Source: Paraspadella gotoi (lineage: Eukaryota; Animalia; Chaetognatha). Taken from it: a stretch of DNA of 64,000 nt. Shown one piece after another: positions 43,095-55,867 of the stretch (positions are counted from its first letter, which is position 1; each line of letters begins with the position of its first letter). The notes beneath the pieces were generated by a model. That model did not search any database. It saw only the letters and a program-made list of their open reading frames with translations, and was not told where the DNA came from. The stretch spans positions 20,804,221 through 20,868,220 of the forward strand of contig CM119265.1 of assembly GCA_051294375.1 (NCBI GenBank), read 5' to 3'. A program made the position numbers and the translations under genes.

Positions 43095-46000
43095 TCACTT
43101 TTGTCCCCGATTATGATTTTCGTATTGGCCATTTTTGTATTGTGTATTGTACTGTTGAAGATGCCCACCTGATAAAGACTTTTCATAAAAAGCGGGAGCT
43201 TCTGAGTTGGGTTCCAGCCCCTCCAAGTCGGTCGAAGAGATGGAGTAGTCGCTGTACATCTCAACGCCTGTTACCAATAGACAATTTTACGTAAGACTAA
43301 GTGTTTACAGAAATTCATTAGAAGTTTTACGACTGGCATCAGCGCAAAAGATTAATAACATTAAACGATGATATGCCTTGATGTACTTTTGCTACACTTT
43401 TTTCTCCATTAATTAGCAATTAATTAGCAATTATGAACATATTTTAAAATTAAGATAGGTTATGGTTTAAAAGTAAGGTTTGAAATTTACCTCCCAAGTC
43501 GAACTCGTACGGGTCGAAGTGATATTTTGTCGCCATTTCTTCTAAAGGTTTATACTTTTTTTTACTCTTCAGTGGCGTAAAAAAGTTATAAATGTCGGTA
43601 GTTCCTTCCAAACTAGGTGAACCTGTAATTAATTTCCAATTAACAAATATTTTTCAAAGATGCGCGGGAAAAAGTCAAATCTTTCCGGTAATTTACTCAT
43701 TCTACCCACGATCCTTTCAGTGGCCTCAATAGCTTTTTGAAGAGCCATTTCATCAAGACCGAGCCAATAAGCTTCAGCAGTTCTGCAGAGGAATTTCAAA
43801 ACAGTATTTTGTCTTTTTACAATAGTATTTCCTGCTTAATACTCAAGAAAGTCGTCCTTTTATAAAATTAAATCATCTAATAAAAAAGATATACAACAGG
43901 ATTGTCAGATAGTCCTGATTGAAAGCTTGCAGGCACCTGCTATGTTATTATCTGAATGAATAGAGGCCTGTACTAGGGAAGTCTGGCGTTAAGCGTCCGA
44001 GATAAAAATTAGCGAATAAAAAAGTTGTTATTTTACTCACTGAATAAAAATACTTAAAATACTTACAAAATACATAAAATTGATAAAATTATTATTACGA
44101 AAACATTGTTCAATAGGGTGGAGTGATGAAAAGATTGAGCGATGGAACAATGTTTTTTTGCTGCCTTTGTATATATAAAAATATATTAAAAAAATTGGAA
44201 CGATGAGACTGGTATCATATTAAAGCCATAATTATGGGGCATCTTTTCCATATAATTTTTTTAAAATGTTTCAAAGGATTTTTTTAAAATCTTGATCGGA
44301 TTCTTAATCAAAAGTCAAAAGTCAACTTTTGAAATTAAATAAAACACACTTGGCCACATTTAAAAAAATAAAAAAATATAGATTCTGAAAGAGAAAAGAT
44401 TGAATTATGTTTCTGATATAAACAAAAATTGTCTATACCTCTAATGTTTATATAATTACTAAGGATAATGATTATCATTTTGTTGAAAACAAAAAAATTT
44501 TAAAAATTCATGTAGGGACCTTAAAAAACATATGATTTAAATATGATAATTTAGGAGTTCAAACTTTGTTCCCCCTGATTTAAAAACTACTGACATAGGG
44601 CTAAAAGACTGTATTATCAGATTTTTAAATTTTAAGATTTAGCTGTGTCTGAGGCCCGGCAGAAAAAAATTATCACAATTTTTTTTATGTCATAATGCTA
44701 TCATAAAATAATTTTAATGCATCATGTGAGGTATCATATGAAAGCTAACGATGTCTGCTACATGACAGCACGTGAAAAAAAATTTTCTTAAAAAAAATAA
44801 AAAATCACCAGACTACCCTACCTGTACCCACAAAATGCCTTTACTAAAAACTCATTCGAAAATAGATAATTTAGAGCGTTGAAAAATAACAAAATATAAC
44901 AATCAGTGAGGTACATAGCTATTTTAGTGTAATGTAGTCTGTAGAATTCGATGGTGATGACCATTTTTTTGTATAATTTTATCTTTCTTGTCGGAAATGA
45001 GGGTTTTTAATGTATATAAAGTTGTTATAAAATAGCAAAACCATTATAAGTTATGATAAATCAAATTATTAAAATTTTATAAAATTTATATGAGCTTTTG
45101 AAATATAAAATAAAGACTTATAAAAATATTTTGGTAAGTTTATTTCTAAATTTTATGTTTTATAAAAAGTTAGTTAACTATATTTATTAATAATTATAAG
45201 TAAAAATTGGGCTAAAGTTAAAAAAAAATAATTTCAAAATTTTTTTCATGGATTTGGATTCTTTGCAAAAAGTTGATATAAGAAAATATAATTTTTATAT
45301 CAAAATTATGTCATTAAGTTGGTCAAAATTCATAAAAACTATAATTTTAAGCCAAAAATTGAAAAATTAAACAAAAATAATAGTTTTTAATATTTTTAAC
45401 CTACTTAATGAAAGAATTTTTTAAAATGGATTCTACTTTCTTATATCAACTTTTTGTAAGGAATTCAAATCCGATTTTAAAATTTTAAAATTTTTAATTT
45501 TTCACTTTAGCTTATTTTTATTATTATTTATTAATAAATATAGTTAACAAACTATTAATGAAATATAAAATTTGTAAATAAACTTACCAAAATATTTATA
45601 TGGGTCTTTATTTTCATATTATGTAAGTTAAATATGGCTTTTATAAAATCTTAATAATTTGAGTTCTTATACTCTACAATGTTTGCTACATTTTAATAGC
45701 ACGTTATTTGCTGCAAAAATCGCCATTTCCGACAAAGAAGATGAGACTATACAAAAAAATGGTTATCATCATCGAATTCTACAGACTTTATTACATTAAA
45801 ATAGCTATGTACCTACTGATTTGTTATATTTCGTTATTTTTCAACGTCCTAATAGATATTCTTTAAATGCAGCTAATACAGTAATAAACAATTCTATGTT
45901 TGTGGGGATGGGGTAGAAAAAGCTTTAATACTCACTCCCTGTTTTCCCGCCAAGAGCAAGAGAGAAGATCGACTGTGTTGTGACAACTATTGCACTCTTT

Positions 46001-49000
46001 CAGTTCTACTGGTTCCTCCCTCGGTTTCACCAGACCTGCGTCGATTTCACGTAGTCTTTGTAATGACCTGGAGGGAAGAAAATAAGGAGGTCGGCGAATG
46101 GAATTCCATAAAAGTATATTTTATTTCCTAATTATATTTTAACAATCGAGTTTCAAGTTAAGTCTCCATCTTCGTCTTCATAAAGACTCGGACTCTCGGA
46201 GGCAGAGTGTTCTATTTAAACTTTCGCATTGGCGAAACCCAGATCTCTGCTCAGATGCCATTTTAACAGCAATTATCTTTGTCGTTAGCATTTCTCGGCA
46301 TTTATATCAGGTTTAAACTCTTACTTTTCGCATTTCTCAATGCTTTGGGGCGCGCGCGAGGGTCTCCTTCGGCCACGACTGGCCCTTGCCTCTTCTATTG
46401 TTCGTATCAGAGCCTCTATCGAAATGAAATACATTTTCTCGGTGTTTACGTCCTTATAATATTTTACTATTTATTCCATTTATATTACGATGAGAAGAAG
46501 ATCTCAACAACCTCATATGATCTCGACCAGACGGACGACCGGACTCCCATGTCCCTACCAATTCAATTACCCGGATCTATTTCATCGCTGAATCCGTGTC
46601 TGACATTAACGATTTCAGAGTCTCTCTCCTGCGAGAATCAAAAGAGATTTCGTTGCGAATCATCAAAATTGACGAAAGTGAAAATTTGCAGATCGGGTAA
46701 CAAAATTATAAAATTAGAATGTTGGTAAAGCCTCCTTATATTCGATTCCACTTCCAGCAGAATCAAAATATTCAAAAGAAATCGTCACCTCTCCCATGAC
46801 TCCGATCTTTGTTGCAAATATCACCACCTGATTCAAATTGGAGTCTTCCATCGCCGAAGCTTCCGTTTCGCCGTCAAGTGCCGGTTTGACTTCTGGCGCC
46901 GCGTCAATTGGCGCCTCCCCTGCCAGCGCTTCGTTCGGCAACATTTCCCCGACCATCGTCGACGCATCGGGCTCGCTCTTTTCGGCGTCTTCCGTTTTTG
47001 CTCCACTTTCCGATTGAGTGGACGCTTTCTTTGCTCCATCTTCTAACTTCGTTCCTTCTTCTGGAGCTTCTGTCCTTATATCCTTCGACACCTTCCCTTC
47101 TTCTGTAGCTTCTATTGCTATATCCTTCGACACAGTCCCTTCTTCCGGAGCTTCCGTTGCTATATCCTTCGACACAGTCCCTTCTTCCGGAGCTTCCGTT
47201 GCTATATCCTTCAACCCAGTCCCTTCTTCTGGAGCTTCCATTGCTATATCCTTCGACTCCGTCCCTTCTTCTGGAGCATCCGTCACTTCTTCTAAAATTC
47301 TTTCTTCTATTTCTTCAGAATTTTTATCGGCTTGACTGGAACCCCGTTTCGCTGTCTGCTGAGTTTCGTCTCCAGGAAGGACTTCGATCTGGAGATCGAA
47401 ACTACTAATTAGCTTTCCAACAAAGACCAATGAAAATTACTGTGGATAAGTAGCTAAGTGGGCTGAAGAGTGCTATCCGCAACTTCTTTTACCCCCTCTC
47501 GCAGCCATGGAACGGGTCCTGGGGTTGGAACCAGGATCGAAGGTTTCCACGACCACAAGGCGGTTTACGGCCGTCCTCTCGCTTCCCGCAGGGTAGGGTA
47601 CCATTGGGGATCGATCCCGGTAGCTAATGGTTCTGAGCTGATGATATTACTCTATGAGCCACCGGGTCACGACTGAAGGTGTCTTGCTTATAGGCGGGGT
47701 GAACTTATAGCAAAGCCCGACTACATTGCTGACATTAACAAACTAAGAACACGGAATTAAAGAATCGCGAAACGCTAAGAGCGAAGACGAGACCATTCCT
47801 CAAGCCAGTAAAACAATTGGCAATACCAACTGGAACAACCTCTTCACTTTCGGACCCCATTTTCTTTGATTCTTCACTAAACTTCACGGAATGGCGTCGA
47901 GCCTAACATTTAACCAAAAAAAATCAAGTTGTTAACTAAGTATGTCAACGAGGGAGACGTCTGCGATTGGTGGGGGGTTTGAGGGGTGTGAGGCATCAGA
48001 ATTTTTTTTTTTTTCGATCCCCTCGTCGACGGGTCCACAGCCAATTGTCATTGTCCACTCACCCACATCCTTGGCGCGATCTCGTTCAATCTCAACACGA
48101 AAGTCGGAACTCTGAGGACGAAAGGTTCGGGTTCCGGGATCGTTTGGGCATCCATCGTTTTTTGAACGGCCCGTCGAGCCTGTAGACGACGAGAAGGTCG
48201 GTGAAAGTGAAAAGCGACGATTAATGAGGAAAAAAGTTTTTGATTTTACGTTCTTCTCGCTATCCATGTTTTCAATATATATATTTTTTTAATTTATTTA
48301 CCTGTCATATTTTCGTCCTATAAAAATAACAATTTCTCTTCGCTCCCTACACGAAATCAATTTTAATATTTTTGTATTCTGGTCACTCTAATCCACTTGC
48401 AAGCATGCCAATCAATGGTAAATTTTAATTTCTAAAAAAAAAAATCTNNNNNNNNNNGGCTCGATAAAAATCTCAGAAAATTAGGAGTTATCTCATCGTT
48501 CGCTCATTAGAAACTCTTAATGTTATTTTTAAATGACCTTACCTCAATCGAATGAGGATCTCCATTGGGACCCCAATCCATCGCTTCTCGCATTTTTCGC
48601 ACTGAATCAACGAATGGTCGGAGCGCATAACTCACCAATTCTACCGACTTCTCTTTTCTTACTTTGCAGCAGCTGCTTGAATCTCGCAGAGCGAACCCAA
48701 TGCGGCAGCCCGTCGTCGCGAGCCACGCAATGCGTTCCTCCTCCGCCGGCGGCGCCGCGTCTGAAAAACCGCGGCTTGTTCTCGGGATCGGGAATGAAGT
48801 CCGGCCGATGTCGATGACCGTTATAGAAGGGAAGGTCGTACTTGGCTGGAGAGGGATGTGGACAAGGTCTTAGCTAATTTTCAATTTTGAGTCGGGTTTT
48901 TTTTTCGGCATTTATGAAATTGCTACTACGACCAATATAAGAATATTGAATAAATATTTAATACTACTTTCGTGCCTCTTACTTTCGACCTGCTATTTTA

Positions 49001-49480
49001 TTAAATAAAAAGGTATTTTTTTTTTCTGAAGAGAGCGTTTGCGGCGATTAAACATTTTATGTAGTGCACAAAAAAAGCTTTTTCAAACTTTTTGAGCGGT
49101 AAGGAAAAAAGCCCCCGGAACAATAATATGGCAAAATTAAAGCGAAATAAAAATAACGACAAAATCAAGCGATGACTTTAAATAATAACATGGGTGGGCG
49201 TGCCCGAACGACGCAGGACGGCACATTTGAACGACATCTCACTTAGCACAGGATAGGCCATTCTCGGCGGCTCTCTCGGCTCCCCCTGGCTGAAGTTGAC
49301 GTCGGCGACATCTCTCATGCCGAAGCGATTCTGCGTCCGATCCTCAGATGGCGGCGTCGATCTGCGAGAATTCACGCGAGGCTTCGGCGATGAAACCGTT
49401 CGATGGCGTCGCGGGACGCCTTTTTTAGAGCCACTGGAAATGGGCGCTAATTGGCCTCCGGTATGGGCGATGCCGTGCAT
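43095..49480 (-). CDS. ~610-aa orphan protein, largely disordered, with six acidic 13-aa tandem repeats (KDIATEAPEEGTV-type)
   Basis: Eleven phase-consistent GT-AG exons: 49480-49243, 48845-48663, 48601-48543, 48179-48063, 47388-46828, 46628-46571, 46415-46325, 46067-45936, 43782-43697 (or 43706), 43622-43491, 43267-43095. No recognisable domain. The gap at 48448-48457 could hide additional exons. Confidence 0.65.
44871..45852. mobile_element. ~980-bp foldback/MITE-type element, copy 2 (intronic)
   Basis: Same termini as 41033-42015, but with different flanks TAGATAAT and TAGATATT. Confidence 0.85.
47050..47285 (-). repeat. coding minisatellite, 39-bp unit, about 6 copies
   Basis: Repeated CCCTTCTTC(C/T)GGAGCTTCCGTTGCTATATCCTTCGACACAGT-type units inside ORF 46714..47430. 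Confidence 0.9.
47458..47724 (-). mobile_element. probable tRNA-derived interspersed element (family C, single copy) in an intron
   Basis: GC-rich island in an AT-rich intron, with minus-strand A-box-like TGGCTCATAGAG and B-box-like GGATCGATCCC. Confidence 0.4.
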
Positions 49481-49732
49481 TGTCGGGAAATAGGAAAAAA
49501 AAAAACCAACTTAAGAGGCGCCGAATTAAGAAATGAAGTTTCGTAAGGCGTAGATTTTTCGAAGACCTCGAATTCGTTTTTTATTTCTCGTTTGGATTAA
49601 TATAATAAAATACATCAGGATAAATTTTAACAAAATGTGTAAAATTTTATTCGAAATTTCCGATCTTTACAAAATTACCGAAGATCAAGAGAGACACCGA
49701 TTTCTCGCATTCAATCCTTTTATTTTACGACT

Positions 49733-50323
49733 TTACTGACAATAGTGACAAGCTTTGGGACACATGGCCCGCATGAAGTCGCTCGTCTCTCCTTCGCATC
49801 TTCCGAGGTCGGCCCAACCCTCGCAGTTGGTCGCTCTGTCTCGGCATCTGGTTGGCGGTCCGCCGTCGTCCCCGCCACCGCCGCCCGGGGGTCCGCCGTC
49901 GTCGTCGCCGTCATCGCCGCCGCCGTCGCCACCTCCAGGCGGTCCGCCGTCGTCGCCACCTTCGCCCGTCTCGCCTCCATCTCCGAGGCCCGTCTGCCGA
50001 TGGATCCAGGACACGTAACCCGAGACTTTGGTCCAGACGGCGGGCGTGCCTTTGACGGTGCATCGGCCGTCGCCGTATGAGGTTACGCCCACCACCTCAT
50101 AACTGGAGAGTAAATTGTCGGGTTGGCATATTAATGTGATTCTCTTCATACTTTTTCGTTGCAGTGAAACCCAAAACTTTGATCTTGTTCTAGTTATTAT
50201 TTTTGATAATTTCCGATTCGAAAAGAAAATGTTTTGTTAACAAACGATTTGTTGGTAACCTTTATCTCTTAATGTGTTAACTGTCACATTTCTGAGCATC
50301 ACCAAACTCAAGATCACAAAATC

Positions 50324-50372
<49 letters not shown>

Positions 50373-52511
50373 TCCCTCATTCACTCACACCGACGAAAGA
50401 GTCTTTGTTTCCTCTTCGAATTTATAATCGCAACGAAAGAAAGGCTCAATACGAATTACAAGATAATTTCCTAGTAACTTCGCTTCCTTAAAGCCACATA
50501 TCACTTTTTTATCCTCTCTTCCTTTCAAATACAATTCTCTTCCCTCTTTTCTTACATCTAATTTTCTGCCACCTTAATTTCTCCCCCACCTTCTCCTTTC
50601 CCCTTCCTCCCTTCTAATCTTCCTTACTTTCCATCGGCACTCTCGCAAGAAATCGGTCCACCCGAGTCTCCCATGCAACCGCCGACGGTTCCGTCTCCGA
50701 AGCAGATTTGTGTCTTTTGTTTAATCGTCCTCCATCGACGTTGGCAGTCGGCGAACCTGACGGGGAAAATCGTCAACTACTATTAATGCTGTAAAGGCTA
50801 AAGACAAAAGTTCCGCTCGTTTATTCTCTTTATTTTTTCCCTTTTCATTTCTTTTTTTTCTCTGTCGATGTCAAGCTTATTTTCTTCCCCCTTTTGTCTT
50901 ATTTCTCACTTCTTCCTCTCATTCTTTCTTTCTTTCTTTCTTTCTTCCTTTCTCTCCCATTTTTCATTTCTTTCTCTTTTTCTCTCCAGCCAACTTCCAC
51001 CTACTGCAAAATTTTGGATCCGACAGTTTGGAGTTTTTCGTCCCACTGATTGGACGAACTCTTCATCGTGAATCCCCAACCGGAAATGTGACAGAATTTC
51101 CCTGAAGAAAGTTAATCAGTTGAACGAGATTTCCTAGAGTCTGGGTCTGAGAATGTCGTCGTCGTCGTCGTCGTCGTCTTAGTAGTCGTCGTCATTCGTC
51201 TTCACCCTCGTGGTTTTCCCCGGCTTTTGGGAGGCAGGCGGGTCCGACGGCGACGTTGAAGGCGATGGGCGTCGCCATCTTGAGAAGTGCGATGTCGTTG
51301 TAGTTCTTGTAGTCGCCGACGTAACTGAGTAAAGACGAAAGGATTGACTGTTTGGGTCATTCGTTATTATTTTATAGACCATTTTAAATTAGTACTAATT
51401 TTTATTCGCCTTAGCAACCGATTTATCAACTGAATGCTCGTCACTTCCTGGCTAATTAAATCACAACAACGACAACATGCAACGACGAAACGCCCTGATT
51501 ATTAATCAGTGATTAAAATTCGATCATCGGGTTTTGGATGATTAACTGATATGCGCGGTTCCTGGTTCCACTTCCGCCCCCTATCAAAGATTCATCGAAA
51601 AGTTTCCCTTTTTTTTCAATCCCCCGGGGTTTCGACCTTTAACGCCAACGGCTTCTAACACTCTCTCTCTCTTCTCTTCTCCTCTCTTTCTCTCTCTCTC
51701 CTCTCTCCTCCTCTCTCTCTCTCTCTCTCTCTCTCCTCATTCTTTTCTCACGTCCCACTGTTAAACCGCTACCCGAGACAATTTTTAGCTCGCCCCGTTC
51801 ACGCGGAGTCGAAGCGTTGCAATGGAGGGCAATTGAGCTCCGCGATGGCGAGGGGACCGGAGGACCCGAGGCTTAATGAGCGCAGAGAATAGATTAAAGT
51901 CGGATTAAAAAAAAGATTAAAGTCGGATTAAAAAAAGACTAGAAGACTCTATACGATTGCGGTCGACCAGGACACGCGAGCCTCGGGATCCCACTGGGTC
52001 GTAGATTTAGAATTAAAAATTTTAAGTACATTTCCTTTTGTCTTATTAATTGAAAGAGAAAATGCGCCGGTATGGATGAGTCGACCCGTTCTTATATATA
52101 TATCTACAAAAATAAAAACCGTAAAAATAATCACTTAATCTCGTTAAAGTACTACATGCGGTCAAGACTGTAGAGAGTTAACTCAGTAATAACTACGTCA
52201 TTTCACTGGTTTATTTTAACAGATTAACTCAAACGTGTTAAACAAGAAATATTTTTACGACTCTTCCTTTCTCTCTCGCGCGCACTTTATTGTAGGCGGC
52301 ATTTTAATGCCGGCGCTCGGAAGCGATTCGCTCGTGGCGGCGATGGCGGCGGCGGCGACGGCTTATCGAGATCGGCGCTCAGTAATGACGGATAAGCGGC
52401 GGCGTTTAATGAATATCGGTGGTTCTGGTTCGCCGCCGTCGGTCGCCTTCGCGTCGTCGTCATCGTCGTCGTCGTCGTCGTCGTCTTCGATGCTTGCAAA
52501 GTGTTTAATGG

Positions 52512-52603
<92 letters not shown>

Positions 52604-54626
52604 CCCCCTTTTCCTCACCTTACAAGACCAAGGGGGAATTTCTTGGCAGAGTCCCGATGCTCGTTTGTCTTCGCCGCAGCCTCGCCTTACCCTCAACCTA
52701 TTAACCTCACCCACTCCATTAACTTTCGTTTTCCCGACCCCAGTTTCCGCGACAACCGCTCCTCCCCACCTCTAGCGATACTTACCTCAATGTTGACGTT
52801 CCCGGCCACCCTTTGCTTACCCAGAGTGCTTGATGATACTGGCCACCCGGTGCTTGACCTCGTAAGGGTCTTTCCTGTTGACGTTGTGCTCTCCGACGGT
52901 GACGGTGTAGGAGGAAGGGTTGGAGTCTTTGGCGACGCAGTGAGCCGCTGTCACCACCCAATCCTGTCGAGGGTGAAGAGATGGTTCACAGCATTGATAG
53001 TCAAGAGATCAAAATAATATATATATTTATATATATATATACCAAAAAAAATTGCAAGTTGTTTTCCATTGTTTTTAGAATCTGTAAAATTTTTTTTCCA
53101 GCATCACTCCGCTCACATCTTTGCTGACTAATCCTCCTAACAAACATCGTCATACATGAACATTTTCCATTCTCGTTGTATGGGTATTTTTCTAAATAAG
53201 CCTTGCTCGATTTTTAGCTAAATTTTGTAAATAACAGGGGAAAAGATTGTAAATTAAAGCCTTTTTGGGTTGAGGCTTGAACGAAACTCTAGTGAAACTT
53301 TCACTCGGAATTAGGATGGAAATTCTCGGCAATCCCGGGAGACGGCGCCGCTGCAGGATAGGAGGCGCCAGTTCGAGCGCGAGATTCATTATCTCTGCGA
53401 GTCGCGGTGAACCGCTGTGAATTCGGGTGAAGAAAAAAGTGAGGCAATGAAATTGGGTAAGGACGTTGGTTGCGGAATCGATTGGCGGGAGACGATGAAC
53501 GAAAAAAAGTCCATTTGAGGAAACAGAGAGAGAGAAAATTAGGTGAGGAACAGAGAGACGACGCGTGAGCGAAGTTTGAGCGGAAAATGAAAAAAAGTCG
53601 ATAAGAGTGAAATATGGTGAGTAATATTAGATGGTAGTACGTATTAGGAGAGTGAACAATGCTTATGTTTAAAACGAGTTATAGTAATCCTGCGATTACC
53701 TGACGCGAGCAATCAAGAGAAAAGACCATAATGGAAGTTTCGAGCGAAACGTAAACTTTCTTTCAACCCTCCTGTTGCCCGACCGTGCCTTACCTTACTA
53801 ATAATGGTTCCGCCGCAGCTGGAGTAAGACGCGGATCCCGGACGCTGATGCTTCAGATAAACTTGCCATGGCCACTCCCCTCTGGCTGCTTCGTGACCGC
53901 CCACAACCCTAGATGTTTTGGAAGTCAAATTAAATTAAATTCTTTGAAATATTTTATCACTTCATTGATAGGGAATAAACGAGACTATGAAAGAGTCTTG
54001 ATTGAAAGCTTGCAGGAGCCTGCTATGTCATTATCTTTTAAGAGTGATAAAGCTCTTAAACCACCCAAGCCTGTCCAAAGTCAGGTGCAATATCGTTTAT
54101 TTATTGAATGAATGAATAATTTTTTATTGGTTTTAACAATTTCATACAATATCTGGCGCGTAATGTTTGTTAGTGTTTTTTCCATCGAATTATTACATAT
54201 GTTTCAAACTCTGTAACAATATACTATTGGTATTTAAAAACAAAAGCTTTATTACGTTCTCATCCAACCGTCCTTGACAACGTCAACAACCCACGTCCCA
54301 GAGATTGCCAAGATTATGATCGTTTTTTAACGCCTCTTAACAAAAAAAAAAAATTGCAAAATCTTCATGGACAATAGACGAGTTTTGAATCGAGTCATGC
54401 AAGGAAAACTGCCTTCCATCCTTTGTCTCAGCTTGTTAATTTACTGTTTAAATACAAAAGTTAAAAACAAAGCCTTTACACATATTCCAGAATATTCTTC
54501 TCAATCGCTTCCAAAAAGAAAAGAGCGGCACCTGCTCCGAGGTCCTTTTTTCCCGCATTGGGACGCCGCGCAGCCGACGACGATCGTTCCTAAAACCACG
54601 ACGAAGATTGGAAAAATCAGCCTCAT
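49733..54626 (-). CDS. 355-aa secreted S1A serine protease (chymotrypsin/elastase-type pocket) with Gly/Asp/Pro linker and C-terminal ShK domain
   Basis: Seven exons: 54626-54532, 53908-53794, 52963-52821, 51324-51206, 51101-51005, 50756-50628, 50102-49733 (1068 nt). Signal peptide MRLIFPIFVVVLGTIVVGCAA, activation site R|VVGG, catalytic motifs TAAHC, NDIALL and GGCMGDSGGP. ShK domain CRDRATNCEGWADLGRCEGETSDFMRAMCPKACHYC. Confidence 0.92.
52513..52598. repeat. (CT)n microsatellite in a protease intron
   Basis: Perfect CT run. Similar runs at about 50331, 51660, 55130-55240, 55490-55560, 55750-55860, 62715 and 63120. Confidence 0.95.
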
Positions 54627-55202
54627 TTTGGAGACAATCTAGAGAGACAGAGTCGATCGAGACAGAGACGCGCCTTTTTATAGGAGTCGTAGTCAGTTCG
54701 AGAGGGTAAAACTTGAGCGTAAAGGACCCAAACGTCAAATTCGCAACAAAGACGATTTTTGTTCAAGTTCATATATAGTTTATCTTTTTCTTTTTTTCAA
54801 TCGCGATACGATTTTTTTTTTTTCGTGGATCTAAAATTATTTTCCATTACTTTCGCGAAAGGCAAAGCGTAGAAAAAACATTTAGTTATGAAACCGAAAT
54901 AAAATTGAAACGTGAAATATTAACGATGCCAAGAGAAAAGGCGGCGGCAGCGGCAGGGGCAGCGGCAGGCTGTGATAGGCGGCGTCTCGCGTCGGCCATC
55001 GGCTTCATTCAATCTCTCGTGTCTCATTCATAGGGTTCGCCTGATGGTCTCCATGGCGACGAAAACAAACCCAGTCGATACGTAAACACGTAAACATTAG
55101 GAAAATGTGGGTGAGTGAATGAGGGAGGGAGAGAGAGAGGGAGGAGGAGAGAGAGAGAGAGAGGGAGAAGAGAGAGAGAGAGAGGAGAGAAGAGGAGAAG
55201 AG

Positions 55203-55241
<39 letters not shown>

Positions 55242-55526
55242 AACGTGTTGCATTGACGCCTTGGTGATGTATCGACATCCTCATAAATCAAAACAGCAGA
55301 TCTTTAGAGTTGAATTTCCTTTGAGAGTATAAAAAATAGAAAATCCCCTGCTACAAATATCTATTTTATTGTATAGTATTATATAATCTTATAAGTAAAA
55401 ATATTAATAAGGTTAATATAAACCTTGTCTTTAAGTCTNNNNNNNNNNNNNNNNNNNNNNNNNCGTACTTAAACATGACATGCGGATGAGAGAGAGAGAG
55501 GAGAGAGAGAGAGGAAGAGAGAGAGA

Positions 55527-55564
<38 letters not shown>

Positions 55565-55783
55565 GAATTCCGTATTAAACGGTTGTTTTTATGTTTGAAC
55601 GTTGAATGTGAAATGAAAGAAAAACCCGGGATGGAGTTAACCAATGTAAATCACATTCATTGCCGGACTGCTTATTCTGGCCACTGCGATAGTTTTTGAT
55701 ACTTTGGCCATAGATCTTACGAGATAAAAAAATTTCGGCCAAAAGTGGCTTCTCTCTCTCTTCTCTCTCTCTCTCTTCTCTCT

Positions 55784-55834
<51 letters not shown>

Positions 55835-55867
55835 ATCTCTCTCTCTCTCTCTCTCTCCTCTCTCACT

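Noticed and set aside
52235-53017. 260-aa plus-strand ORF, and similar Ser/Leu-, FIYL- and VLSCL-rich ORFs at 55-63.5 kb
   Set aside because: These are stop-free frames produced by microsatellites and by the antisense of a protease exon.
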